DNA from: Macrostomum hystrix
Taxonomy: Eukaryota > Animalia > Platyhelminthes
DNA length: 64,000 nt
Reading direction: 5' to 3'
Assembly: GCA_950097015.1 (NCBI GenBank)
Contig: CATNEN010000038.1
Location: forward strand, 32,674,001-32,738,000
Under the pieces are notes generated by a model that saw only the letters and a program-made list of their open reading frames with translations, had not been told where the DNA came from and searched no databases. The translations under genes were made by a program, and so were the position numbers. Below are positions 37,101 to 47,892 of this stretch, in pieces (within the stretch, counting starts at the first letter, position 1; every line of letters begins with the position of its first letter).

Positions 37101-40100
37101 ATCAAAGACACCCTGTGAGCACTAGACCAAGGAAATATAACTTCCTTAATGATCAGCGGTGGTAGGCCCAACCACTTGACCTCAGTCAGTGCATACTAAA
37201 TATGAACAGCAATGTAGGAAACTTAACTGTCTTCAAGATAAGTTCTAAAGTTTTGCAAACCAATTTCCTATCTCTGAGCTAGTTTTTCATATTTTTTAAC
37301 ATTTCTTAAGCAGATTGGATGGAAATCTAAACTAAGTCTTACATAATCCATATTCTTCTAAATCCTTTTTCATCCAATATTGTTCAATAGTACAAAGTTA
37401 GTTGATGAACACTGCAGATAAGCCTACAACAGTACATCTGGGAATCTACATCAACAGTTTCTACTCAATCAGTGAGCAGACAATGGTGAGTGCTAAATTG
37501 TGTTTTTTTTATTTTTAGCTGTACAAAATTCTACGTGTTTGATTCCACTTCGTTCGATTCCACTTCGTTCGATTCCACTTCGTTCGATTCCACTTCGTTC
37601 GATTCTACTTCGTTCGATTCCACTTCGTTCGATTCCACTTCGTTCGATTCCACTTCGTTCGATTCCACTTCGTTCGATTCCACTTCGTTCGATTCCACTT
37701 CGTTCGATTCCACTTCGTTCGATTCCGCTTCGTTCGATTCCACTTCGTTCGATTCCACTTCGTTCGATTCCACTTCGTTAGATTTTACTTTCTTCGATTC
37801 CACTTCGTTTGATTTAACTTCGTTCCATTCCGCCTCGTTCGATTTTAATTCGTTCGATTCCACTTCGTTCGACTCCACTTTAAGTCGACTGAAAGGTCGG
37901 GGGTTCAATTCCTGACTCGGAATTGCTCAAATTGGAACAATTTTTCCTAACCCTAACCCAATTTGTGTCCATTAGCAAGACGCTTAACTCTGAATTGCTT
38001 CAGCTATATGGTACCAGCAAAAGCTTGGGTAAATGAGGTTGGGTGCGGCGTGCCCCCAGTCCATGGACTGAACAGCTTCAGATGCGCAACTGCTGTGGCT
38101 GCGCTGTCGGCCCCCACATCTTGCCGAATCGGGGCAGGATTCTACCGGTATAAAATTCTACCTGTCTCACTTCCATCTCAAGGACTACTCTGTGAATATC
38201 TACCTACGCCAAGAGTGGTACGATCCGCGTCTAAAGTACAACAAATCAGAAATTGGCAGCAACAAAGACTGCGTCAAACTTGAAGACAAAATCTGGGAGA
38301 AGCTCTGGGTTCCGGACGTGTTTTTCAGGTAAAATTATAATGGAACTAAATTTTAGCTCGAGAATTCCGTTAGCGTCTCAATCTAAATTTAGAAACGAGA
38401 TTTCCATTAGCGTCTCAATCTAAATTTAGAAACGAGATTTCCATTAGCGTCTCAATCTAAATTTAGAAACGAGATTTCCAAAAACGTTTGCATCTAAATT
38501 TAGAAACGAGATTTCCAAAAACGTTTGCATCTAAATTTAGAAACGAGATTTCCATTAGCGTCTCAATCTTAATTTAGAAACGAGAATTCCATTAGCGTCT
38601 CAATCTAAATTTAGAAACGAGATTTCCATTAGCGTCTCAATCTAAATTTAGAAACGAGATTTCCATTAGCGTCTCAATCTTAATTTAGAAACGAGATTTC
38701 CATTAGCGTCTCAATCTTAATTTAGAAACAAGATTTCCATTAGCGTCTCAATCTAAATTTAGAAACGAGATTTCCATTAGCGTCTCAATCTTAATTTAGA
38801 AACGAGATTTCCATTAGCGTCTCAATCTTAATTTAGAAACGAGATTTCCATTAGCGTCTCAATCTTAATTTAGAAACGAGAATTCCATTAGCGTCTCAAT
38901 CTAAATTTAGAAACGAGATTTCCATTAGCGTCTCAATCTAAATTTAGAAACGAAAAGAAGGCCGACTTTCATCACGTGACCATTCCTAATCGCTTCATCA
39001 ATTTATATCCAAGCGGCAAACTTTGGTACGTGATGAAGTAAGTAATCCCTTTGTTTAAATTTATCCTATTGTCTGCTAAATGTGTTCAAATAGTAAAAAT
39101 TTGTCCTAAAACTGGCGCAATCTTTTCAGAATATCAGCCACATTGTCTTGCATGATGCAGCTGCAAAAATATCCACTGGACACACAAATATGTCCAATGA
39201 TGCTGGAGAGTTGTAAGTTCGAATCCCGAGGTTATTTTACTTGCGATTCCATTCTACGTACTTTACTCAGATACAATCGAATCCATTTCATTGTAATTAA
39301 AGTCCATTCTACTTCGTTCGATTCCACTTCGTTCGATTAAACTTCGTTCGATTCTACTTCGTTCGATTCCACTTCGTTCGATTCCACTTCGCATAATCCC
39401 ACTTCGTTCGATTCCACTTCGTTTAATTCCACTTCGTTCGATTCCACATTGTTCGATTCCACATCGTTCGACGATTAAACTTCGTTCGATTCTATTTTTA
39501 AAGATTCCACTTCGTTCGATTCCAATTCGTTCGATTTCACTTCGTTCGATTCCACCTCATTAGATTCCACTTCGTAAGGTTCCACTTCGTAAGATTCCAG
39601 TTCATCTGATTTGGTTTCATTCGATTTCTCGCGGTTCGATTCCAGTCGGGCACACAATGAGAACGGTGGTATTCAAGTGGTTGGTCAATAAGTCGGTGGA
39701 GTCAACAGATGAGCTCAGTATGCCCCAGTTTGTACTAATCGGCTATCCGACTAGAGACTGCTCAAAGAACTACACGACGGGGAGCTATCCGTGTCTCCAA
39801 GTGGATTTCATTCTGCGTAGGGATATCGGCTATTTCATAATTCAGGTGAAAAACCCTAGAAAACGTGTGCTAAATAATTTTTAGATAGAAATGTACTTTT
39901 GCTTTTCTTATCGCAGGTCTACATCCCAACTGTGCTCATTGTCATTCTGAGCTGGGTCGCGTTCTGGATCAATACTGAAGCGATTCCGGCCAGGGTCAGT
40001 TTGGGATTGCTGACGGGTGAGAATAATGGGATATTTAGACATCTGCAGAGAGAAATCAACAGATAAATCTATATTTAAACTGGGGCGACCAATTTGCTTG

Positions 40101-41260
40101 CGAGGGTCAAAATTGACAGGGCTAGAGAGGGTGTCAAAGTGGGCAGAGGTGATGAGCGGTTCAGAATCCGGCGTTGAAGAAACTCTTCCCAATGTCCCAG
40201 TGTTCTCCAATTAACTCATGCCTCCCAGTGCTGACGATGACAACCCAGTCCTCTGGCGCCGGGCAATCTTTGCCCAGAGTTTCCTACATCAAAGCCATCG
40301 ACGTGTGGATGAGTGTCTGCCTGATTTTCGTGTTCGCCTCGCTGCTAGAATTCGCCGTAGTCAATGTCTACAGCCGGAAGGACACTAACGAACAGCTGCG
40401 GAAGCAGCAGCAGCAGCAGCAGCAGCGGCAGCGTCAAGACCAGCAAAAGAGCTCGAGACAATCCAATTTGCTGTTTTTGAAAGCGTCTCCCCTGGAGGCA
40501 CGGCAGGCGAGCAGCTGCTGCAGCATCAGCATTGAGCATGTTGTCTCATCGACCGGTCTCGTGAGTCTATACCAGAAAATGTACTTGTGCTTGTTTTATA
40601 ATAATTATTTAGCGAGTGATTTTTTGTAATGTCCCTCTCTGCCTACTGATGGATTAGTCAGATATATAGCCGACAGCACAGCCGCAGCTATTGCGTGGCG
40701 CATCTGCAGTCTGTGTTCGGCTGTTCAGTCCATGGACTAGGTGGACGCCACACCCACCAGCTAATATTAGTACCCATTTAACAGTTGAGTGAACTGAAGC
40801 AATGCAGAGTTAAACGATTTGCTAAAGGAGACAAATTATTCCTGTGGAGTCGGGAATCGAACCACCGACCTTCAAGTCGTGAGTCCGACGCTCTAATCAC
40901 AAGGCTACAACCTCCTTAAGAGATAACTAGCTAATGGTGAAGGCTATTTACATGCAGATAAATTATGTTCTAAATATAATAATAAAAATAATAACATATG
41001 TTCAATTTTCGCAGTCAAACAGCCACACGTCAGTCAACATATACTCAAAGGATGGCGATGAGTTTCCTCAAAAGGCCGATTCAATTAGTCAAAGACAGCA
41101 ACAGCAGCAGCAGCAGCCGCGGCATCATCTAGGCGGGCGCCAATCAGTTCAAACGGTGACTCGAGCCAGCAAAATAGACAAAATCGCTAGAAGACTGTTT
41201 CCTCTAAGCTTCCTATTGTTCAACGTTGTCTATTGGGTGATGTATGCTATTGTGAAGTGA
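31921..41260 (+). CDS. Anion-selective Cys-loop ligand-gated ion channel subunit (glycine receptor/GluCl-like)
   Basis: Exons 31921-31967, 32045-32134 (these first two less certain), 32944-33002, 37418-37485, 38183-38328, 38948-39037, 39130-39212, 39646-39845, 39917-40016, 40229-40560 and 41015-41260. Motifs: signal peptide, [32 protein letters not shown], Cys-loop [15 protein letters not shown], loop-[14 protein letters not shown]2 [25 protein letters not shown] and M4 [10 protein letters not shown]. Confidence 0.92.
32220..32780. repeat. ~20-bp intronic tandem repeat
   Basis: Unit AGTGCCATTTTGAGGATTAG alternating with AATGCCATTTTGAGCATTTG-type variants. Confidence 0.9.
33285..35210. repeat. 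(CT)n/(GT)n compound microsatellite
   Basis: CTGTCTCT-type low-complexity tract in an intron of the ion-channel gene. Confidence 0.97.
35690..37045. repeat. 16-bp C-rich minisatellite
   Basis: Unit CTCTCACCCTGCCTCC. Confidence 0.97.
37535..37880. repeat. 15-bp intronic tandem repeat
   Basis: Unit GATTCCACTTCGTTC. The same unit recurs at 39305-39645. Confidence 0.95.
37880..38116 (+). mobile_element. tRNA-derived SINE, 5'-truncated; same family as 40668-40915
   Basis: B-box-like GGTTCAATTCC, central TTAGCAAGACGCTTAACTCTGAATTGCTTCAG, and the shared 3' block AGTCCATGGACTGAACAGC...CAGATGCGC...GCTGTCGGC. Confidence 0.7.
38360..38953. repeat. 37-bp tandem array whose unit spans the splice acceptor of the ion-channel exon at 38948
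   Basis: Sixteen TTTAG|AAAC(G/A)A copies at a 37-bp period, with AG ending at 38392 through 38947. Confidence 0.95.
39305..39645. repeat. 15-bp intronic tandem repeat, more degenerate
   Basis: Unit GATTCCACTTCGTTC, running up to the acceptor at 39645. Confidence 0.9.
40668..40915 (-). mobile_element. tRNA-derived SINE with a CORE/Meta-like central domain
   Basis: Minus strand: TAGCCTTGTGATTAGAGCGTCGGACTCACGAC...GGTTCGATTCCC (A/B boxes), then TTAGCAAATCGTTTAACTCTGCATTGCTTCAGTTCACTCAACTGTTAAATGGGTAC, then AGTCCATGGACTGAACAGC. Confidence 0.8.
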
Positions 41261-41830
41261 AGCATTCTAATAAGATTTTAAGAACTTCTTAAGTTATATT
41301 AAAACTCATTGCTGGGGTCAGTGTCTTTTCTTATGGTTTATTATTAATACTTTGTTTGTTTCCCTCCTGTTTTCCTGACAAAATAGAGCCACTATTAATT
41401 TGTAAGCAAATTTTATTTTAACATTACATCAAAATAAGGGGTCTTTTTTACAGACGGAAATGTTAAAATGAATTTATCGAAATAAATAAAGGCCAGAAAA
41501 TATAGTTGTTGGAGTTTGTTAATAGATATATATTTTCAAGCTTAAAGAAACTGCCTAAAAAACTTTATCATGTAACCATGCATGCTTTCATGAATTCGCC
41601 ATGCGAAATGCGAGATTATCTGCTCACGAGGGTGGAGCAGAACCAGTTTCTGACGCTACGCGTGATGGCACACTGGAAGAGCAATTTCCTGAGGAGCCTC
41701 GAGTCAGCTACAAGAGCGTGAACAGAATGACCATGTTCACGACCATTACATCTTATAATGGGCCTCAAACGCTAATAACATATAAAATACGATTGCTCAT
41801 TTAATCATTAAAATATTGTACTATTTTGTG

Positions 41831-44043
41831 TTGTCTATGGTAATTTTTGGTGAGATTATTTGACAAAAACTATAGGATATTATATCATATAATCTCCTCG
41901 AAATAAGGAGCATTATATGGAACATTGCAGTGAACTTTGAATTCGGCTTTTACATTTTGCAACCACTGACTGACTGGCTGCTTCGTGACTGTATCTTCGT
42001 GAGAAATTTATTTTTTAGTCTATGGTCGGAATCAAATGGTCTAAACCTATATGTCTATCAATCAGATTCAGAGATGCCCCCAAAAATAAGCAATCGAATT
42101 TCATATATAATAAACGCCGTTTAATTCATCATAGTCTATGGTTAGAATATCCTCGGCTGCAATCAATGGTAGATTATAATAGTATTTAACGCCGAAACAT
42201 ACTATATAATTGCATTGTATATATAGCATGCCAGTAGCCAATTATAATAATTTATTTGAGTTAAGCAATGACAACTTTTGTTTGCTACAAGGACAACTTA
42301 ATAACTTATTATAATATTATAATTAAGTTTTCCTTGGTTTGCTACTAAAATTAGACAACCAGTCGACCATAGACAACCTTTCAGGCTTTGCTGCAATGGG
42401 CCATAGTCGCGTCTTTCCTTGACGCGACTGAAAAGTGCCATTCCAGCATCTGTTAAAAAGGCGATAGACAGGAAAGAAAATTTACAGCCGCAAAATATCA
42501 ATTCCACTTAGTCAAGATCTTATGGCTACACATCATTTTAATTGGAGAAACTTGCCGGTGGATTCACTTGACGGAGTGACGCACGATAGAGCTTCAATTT
42601 TTTAGTTCACTTTCCGCTGCTGACTGGAGTGCTGATGACGAACTGCGAAACTTTATCGATGCATTGACCAGTTCGGACGAAGGTTTTACGACTGGAGACA
42701 ACCTTCCTGAATTACCTGAACTAACAGCTGGTTTCGGTGACGTTGATTTAGATGCCGTTGAATTGTCGTCTCTTCCTCGAAGCTCGAGAGAACAAATGAA
42801 CAAGGCTGGCGAAGCATTTATGAAATTTTTGGAGACGCGATCCATTCAAAGCCCCCAAGAGATGCCAGTGGCAATGCTGAACGAATATCTGCGCTTTTTC
42901 TACTATACACTTAGAAAGACTGATGGTACTCGTAGTTTGTATGCCCCCTCTAGCCTGGTATGCTGGAGGGCTGGGATCCAAAGGTACTTCAGCATGATCT
43001 AAAGCGTCCGCTTAATATCGTGTCTGGAGAAGACTTCGTTTGCTCAAATCGGATGTTGCGTGTTAAGGTACGCGAATTTCATAATTCAGGTGGAACAACT
43101 AAGCAGTTTCTACCGATCGAGGAAGCAGATCTGGAAAAAGTCAAGGCATACTTTGATAGAACCACAGCCGAACGCTTACAGGACGAGGTGGTATTCACCA
43201 TTCTCTATATTCTTGGGGAAAGAGGACAAGAACACCTTAAGCATTTGAAACAGCAGGGAGCATTGGTTGCTGGTATCGACTCCGACAGACATGAGTACTA
43301 TGAACTACCACCACTTCCAACTAAGAACCAATCGAGTGACCCAGTCAAGTGTAAAGACGACAGAACGAAGCCGGCGCGCATCTATGGAGAGCAGCGTGAA
43401 CTGATTGCTCTGTATGAAAGGTCTTTACCTACAGGGGTGAAAAACGGCAGCTTTTTTCCGAAGCCTCTTTTGAACGATTCAGAAGGCAGGCCCCGTTTTT
43501 CTACGAATCAGGTGCGCGGAGTCAACTGGCTGGCGAATTTTATGCAGAGGGTGAGTCGTCTATGCAACTTGAGTAAAGTGTATAGTAATCACTGCATTCG
43601 CGTTACAAGGATCGCTGACTTGCGCGATAATGGTCATTCTTTGAACGATATTATGACTATTACTGGCCAAAAGTCTGACAGGACTGTACGCCGCTACTTG
43701 TCTAGGCAGCGTGAACGCACTGTCCGGAATGTGTCCATGACAGTCAGCAGGGCTCTTAAGCGGAAGGGCGAAGCGGAGACTGCGATCTCTACACTAACGA
43801 GTGTGTACGCTGATGCTACACATGGACAGAAGGATGATATGTTCGATAGGACACCGAGCATGTTTGCCGGTTGCTCATTCCAGCACTGCACTATTAACTT
43901 TACGAAGTGATGCTCTAATTGTCATCCTTAGGATTGCAATAAGGCTAGACACTTTGTTTTATTGTTTATTATCATGTTTTCAAGTTGTCTCGCTATAAAG
44001 TTATAATAAATATAACACAGCATATGAAAAAATTGTCTATGGT
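41831..44043 (+). mobile_element. Crypton-type DNA transposon encoding a DUF3504-like tyrosine recombinase
   Basis: Tyrosine-recombinase ORF 42522-43910 flanked by TTGTCTATGGT direct repeats at 41831 and 44033. The boundaries are inferred from these repeats. Confidence 0.7.
42522..43910 (+). pseudogene. Tyrosine recombinase (Crypton/DUF3504, KCTD1/ZMYM-related), with two frameshifts
   Basis: LNEYLRFFY.TLRKTDG...YAPSSL...RAGIQRY, then after a frameshift near 43000 NIVSGEDFVCSN; GERGQE (catalytic R); PTKNQ (K); YSNHCIRVT (HxxR); IMTITGQKS...VRRY (Y; the usual GH is GQ); C-terminal FQHCTINF. An extra T in the run at 42598-42603 separates the ATG at 42522 from the main frame. Confidence 0.85.
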
Positions 44044-44199
44044 CAAAAAGTTTTTTTGTTCAGCGCTAAGGAATGACAAAATAGTGCGTGTCATTATAAT
44101 ACTCTTGCGTATATGTACAATGGTGTACAATATGTACAAAAAATATTTTCTGTCCCATTTCTCTCCTGTCTTAAAGGACTTAAACCTCCCCTTTTCATA

Positions 44200-45100
44200 T
44201 CTTTCCTGTCTTATATCTCTGCTGTCCCATCTCTCTCCTGTCCCATCGCTCCCTGTCTCATATCTCTCCATTCTTCCTATAATATAATCTCTCTCTGTCT
44301 TATCTCTCTGCTGTCCCATCTCTCTGCTGTCCCATCTCTCTGCTGTCCCATCGCTCCCTGTCTCATATCTCTCCATTCTTCCTATAATATAATCTCTCTC
44401 TGTCTTATCTCTCTGCTGTCCCATCTCTCTGCTGTCCCATCTCTCTGCTGTCTCATCTCTCTGCTGTCCCATCTCTCTGCTGTCCCATCTCTCTGCTGTC
44501 CCATCTCTCTGCTGTCCCATCTCTCTGCTGTCCCATCTCTCTGCTGTCCCATCTCTCTGCTGTCCCATCTCTCTGCTGTCCCATCTCTCTGCTGTCCCAT
44601 CTCTCTGCTGTCCCATCTCTCTGCTGTCCCATCTCTCTGCTGTCCCATCTCTCTGCTGTCCCATCTCTCTTGTCAGATCTCTCTGCTGTCCCATCTCTCT
44701 GCTGTCCCATCTCTCTGCTGTCCCATCTCTCTGCTGTCCCATCTCTCTGCTGTCCCATCTCTCTGCTGTCCCATCTCTCTGCTGTCCCATCTCTCTGCTG
44801 TCCCATCTCTCTGCTGTCCCATCTCTCTGCTGTCCCATCTCTCTGCTGTCCCATCTCTCTTGTCAGATCTCTCTGCTGTCCCATCTCTCTGCTGTCCCAT
44901 CTCTCTGCTGTCCCATCTCTCTGCTGTCCCATCTCTCTGCTGTCCCATCTCTCTGCTGTCCCATCTCTCTTGTCAGATCTCTCTGCTGTCCCATCTCTCT
45001 TGTCAGATCTCTCTGCTGTCCCATCTCTCTTGTCTCATCTCTGCCTGTCTCATATCTCTCCACTCTACCTATAATATAATCTCTGTCTCATCTTTATGCT
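44200..45100. repeat. 16-bp pyrimidine-rich minisatellite
   Basis: Unit CTCTCTGCTGTCCCAT. Confidence 0.95.
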
Positions 45101-45697
45101 GTCTTGTCACTCTCCTGGCTATCTTTTTCTAAGCTAAAAGGTGTAAAAAACTTGCACATTCACAATACTATTTTTGGATCGGCATTCTCTGCTGTTAGCA
45201 AGTACTCGTTAGTAGCTTTGCAGGCTAAAAGTTAAAGAAAGTTCAAGAATTTGTTTGCCACTTGGTATGTATCCGCCTAGACAGACACAGCTTTTTATAT
45301 TATAGATATAAGAAACGTATTATATGAAAATTTTTGTCCATACAGAATTCAATAGTTTGTGCGCATGCAGTCTTTTAATAAAACAACAGGTATAGGCTGC
45401 AGAGGCGGGTTTAAACAGAAGAGACCGTCATGACAACGGGGATGATGCATGGCTAGCTCTATATCTACATTAGACCCTGATCGTAGCATAAATGATGCAG
45501 CTAAATATAGGTATTTTCTCATTAGTAGGGACAGATAGGCAAAATAAATATGACTGTAATGACTGACTGTTTATGACAGTATAAATTAACTAATAAGATA
45601 TCTCTGTTGCACATAATTTACTCCTATACTGCTAACCAGAGTCAGCTATGGTAAACAAGTGGTCTAAGAGAACAGAAGAATTGGGACAAAATGAGTC

Positions 45698-45770
45698 TCG
45701 TAGCCAGGATTTTTTCTATTATGGAGCCCAGCATAGAGGGGGGTGCGCGGCTCCCATGGCTACGCCCCTG
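45698..45770. mobile_element. Short hAT-like MITE remnant
   Basis: CGTAGCCAGGATTTT...TGGCTACGCCCCTG; same TIR type as 52057-52406. Confidence 0.55.
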
Positions 45771-46290
45771 GCCAAAAGTACATCCAGCAGGCCTCACAAA
45801 CAGTAGTAACTTCTCACACTAGGCAGGGCTTCAAGTCAAGCAAAGTACCAAAACGGGTCCGAGCACTCGCAGGCGCCGTTAAAATAATATTAAAAATTAT
45901 AAAAGTTTAAGAGTTATAAAAGTTAGTTTTTATAATAAAAAATAATGATAAATGTTTTTTTTGGACCGCAATGCCCTATACCGTAAAGTAAAATTTGTTT
46001 AAGTTACAAATATTACAAAAGTTACAAATACAAGTAAGTTATAAATATTATTTCCCAACAACGCATTTGGTGTTGAGTGAATTGATCAAACGGCAATTGT
46101 CTCGCAGTCGTGCCTCAGTGATTACAGAAACCTATTGAAGTATTACGCCATTGCGAACAAGTAGATCTCACGCTAGCAAACTAAGTAGATCAGTAAGCCA
46201 ACAAGGACACAATTGAAGAAGAAAACAAGAACATTCAGCTGGGTAGCAGCCTCCTTAAGTCCTAAGCTTGAACGGCTTGATGACTGCTCT

Positions 46291-47187
46291 TCATAGGCCA
46301 GAAGTAGTGAAGAACGAAAACGGATCAGAGCACTCGCAGGCGCCGTAGAACAGAGCGGAGCCGAAAGTGTCATAGATAGCGGTGTTGAAAATCCTGCCCT
46401 GGTTGTCGATGCTGTTGCCATTGTTGGGCTCGCCAGTGTTCCACAGTCCGCCATCGCCGGTTGTACTGAGAGGCAGCGGCCAGCCGCAGTCAGACCAGGC
46501 CCAGCTGCCGTTGCCCAGTGAGGTGGCGCCCACCCAGATCTGCTCGTTGTTAGTCAGTCCCACCGACGTCCTCACATCCTGTAGCTCCTGGACGCTGCTC
46601 AGATCGGCCAGCTTCGTCAGCAGCACGGCGGACCCATCCGAGATGTTCAGGAAGCTCCGACAGCTGACAGAATGGGCGTTCCAGTTGCCGACTTGCCTGT
46701 TCCCCGCAGCCTTGTAAAGCGATCCCTCGAACTGGCTGCCGCTGACGCCGCTCACCCATCGATAGTCGGCTGGACACAGTCGGCCCGGCTCGAGACCCTC
46801 CGACTGCTTGACGAACACTCGGAGCCTCCTGCTGCCGCAGCCGCTGCTCCACGAGCTGGGATCGAGCAGCAGCTGCGAGCTGCAGGCATCGAATGCGAAC
46901 AGCAGGCAGAACTGCTGCGTCGTCGGAGTCGACGGCTCCATGGCGAAGGCTCGACACCTCGGAGCTGTCCGACAGCGGAGTGCGCAGGCCACGGTACCGG
47001 ATGCGAGACCCGGTCCCACCGGAATGGCCTTTTGGTAGGCCGGCGACACACAGTTCGAGGTGTAAATCGGGTGAAAAGAGACGGGCTCGCAGCAGGAATA
47101 GTTCTTGAACTGCAGTAGTACATGTAGCACTATCAACATAAATTGCTTGAGAAGAAAATGACAGGACCTTCGCGTTGGTGAGTTCAT
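46291..47187 (-). CDS. Secreted PAN/apple + C-type lectin domain protein, intronless
   Basis: Hydrophobic N-terminus MLIVLHVLLQF; PAN-like CALRCRTAPRCRAFAM...CLL; CTL-like CPADY...WNAHSVSC...LADLSSVQEL...IWVGAT...WAWSD...WNTGEPNN...GACEC. GC-rich coding composition. Confidence 0.75.
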   Translation of the reverse strand: MNSPTRRSCHFLLKQFMLIVLHVLLQFKNYSCCEPVSFHPIYTSNCVSPAYQKAIPVGPGLASGTVACALRCRTAPRCRAFAMEPSTPTTQQFCLLFAFDACSSQLLLDPSSWSSGCGSRRLRVFVKQSEGLEPGRLCPADYRWVSGVSGSQFEGSLYKAAGNRQVGNWNAHSVSCRSFLNISDGSAVLLTKLADLSSVQELQDVRTSVGLTNNEQIWVGATSLGNGSWAWSDCGWPLPLSTTGDGGLWNTGEPNNGNSIDNQGRIFNTAIYDTFGSALFYGACECSDPFSFFTTSGL

Positions 47188-47892
47188 TCCAGCAGGATGA
47201 ATATTTCAGATTATAACTGACTCTGATTAGTAGTTGACAGTTGGAGAGAAAGAATTATGTTACTAGCTCAGCTAAGAAATACAATACTGGAGTCACTTCG
47301 TTCTCAAATAATTTATTCTTTGATGAAAAAGTTTGAGGAGCCATGCAGCTATTTTATTAAACCAGCATAGTCAACACTACCATGTACTCCTAGCTAGATA
47401 TCTCTAGCTTAAAAGCGTAGATTGAAAACGATTGGTGGATTATAAGTGACACAATGTGCTATCGCTAAACAACGTACATTTTTTGATAGGTTAGAAGATA
47501 GAAAAAGGGAAGGGTTTTGACAATTTTTTCTCTTTTTAGTTAAAATACAACGAGGTAGTTTATTGGACTTTTTTGGCTACAATTATAAGCAATTTTATGC
47601 GTTCCACTGACCATACGTCCAACGCGTCACCACCATAGCCACGCTAGTTTCACTACGAAGACTAAAAAAAGTAATACTTAGCTTGTAAATTTGAAATTGC
47701 TAGCTTTCAAAGTAACCTGGCTAGCATTTGAAGCACCACGCAATATTGCTTTTTAAAAAGATAGACGTCTCGTTATGACAAAGAACAACTTATATTACTC
47801 AAAATTTAACTGATGTAGACAAATTCAAACGAACAAATTGTGAGAATTTATTCGCTAGCATTAAATTCTAATGGAATTTACGAACTAAAAAC

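Noticed and set aside
41601-41804. Short GC-richer ORF upstream of the Crypton
   Set aside because: It has no recognisable motif or splice context, so it cannot be supported as a gene.
43993-45132. MGQQRDGTAERWDSRE repeat ORFs
   Set aside because: They are translations of a 16-bp minisatellite.
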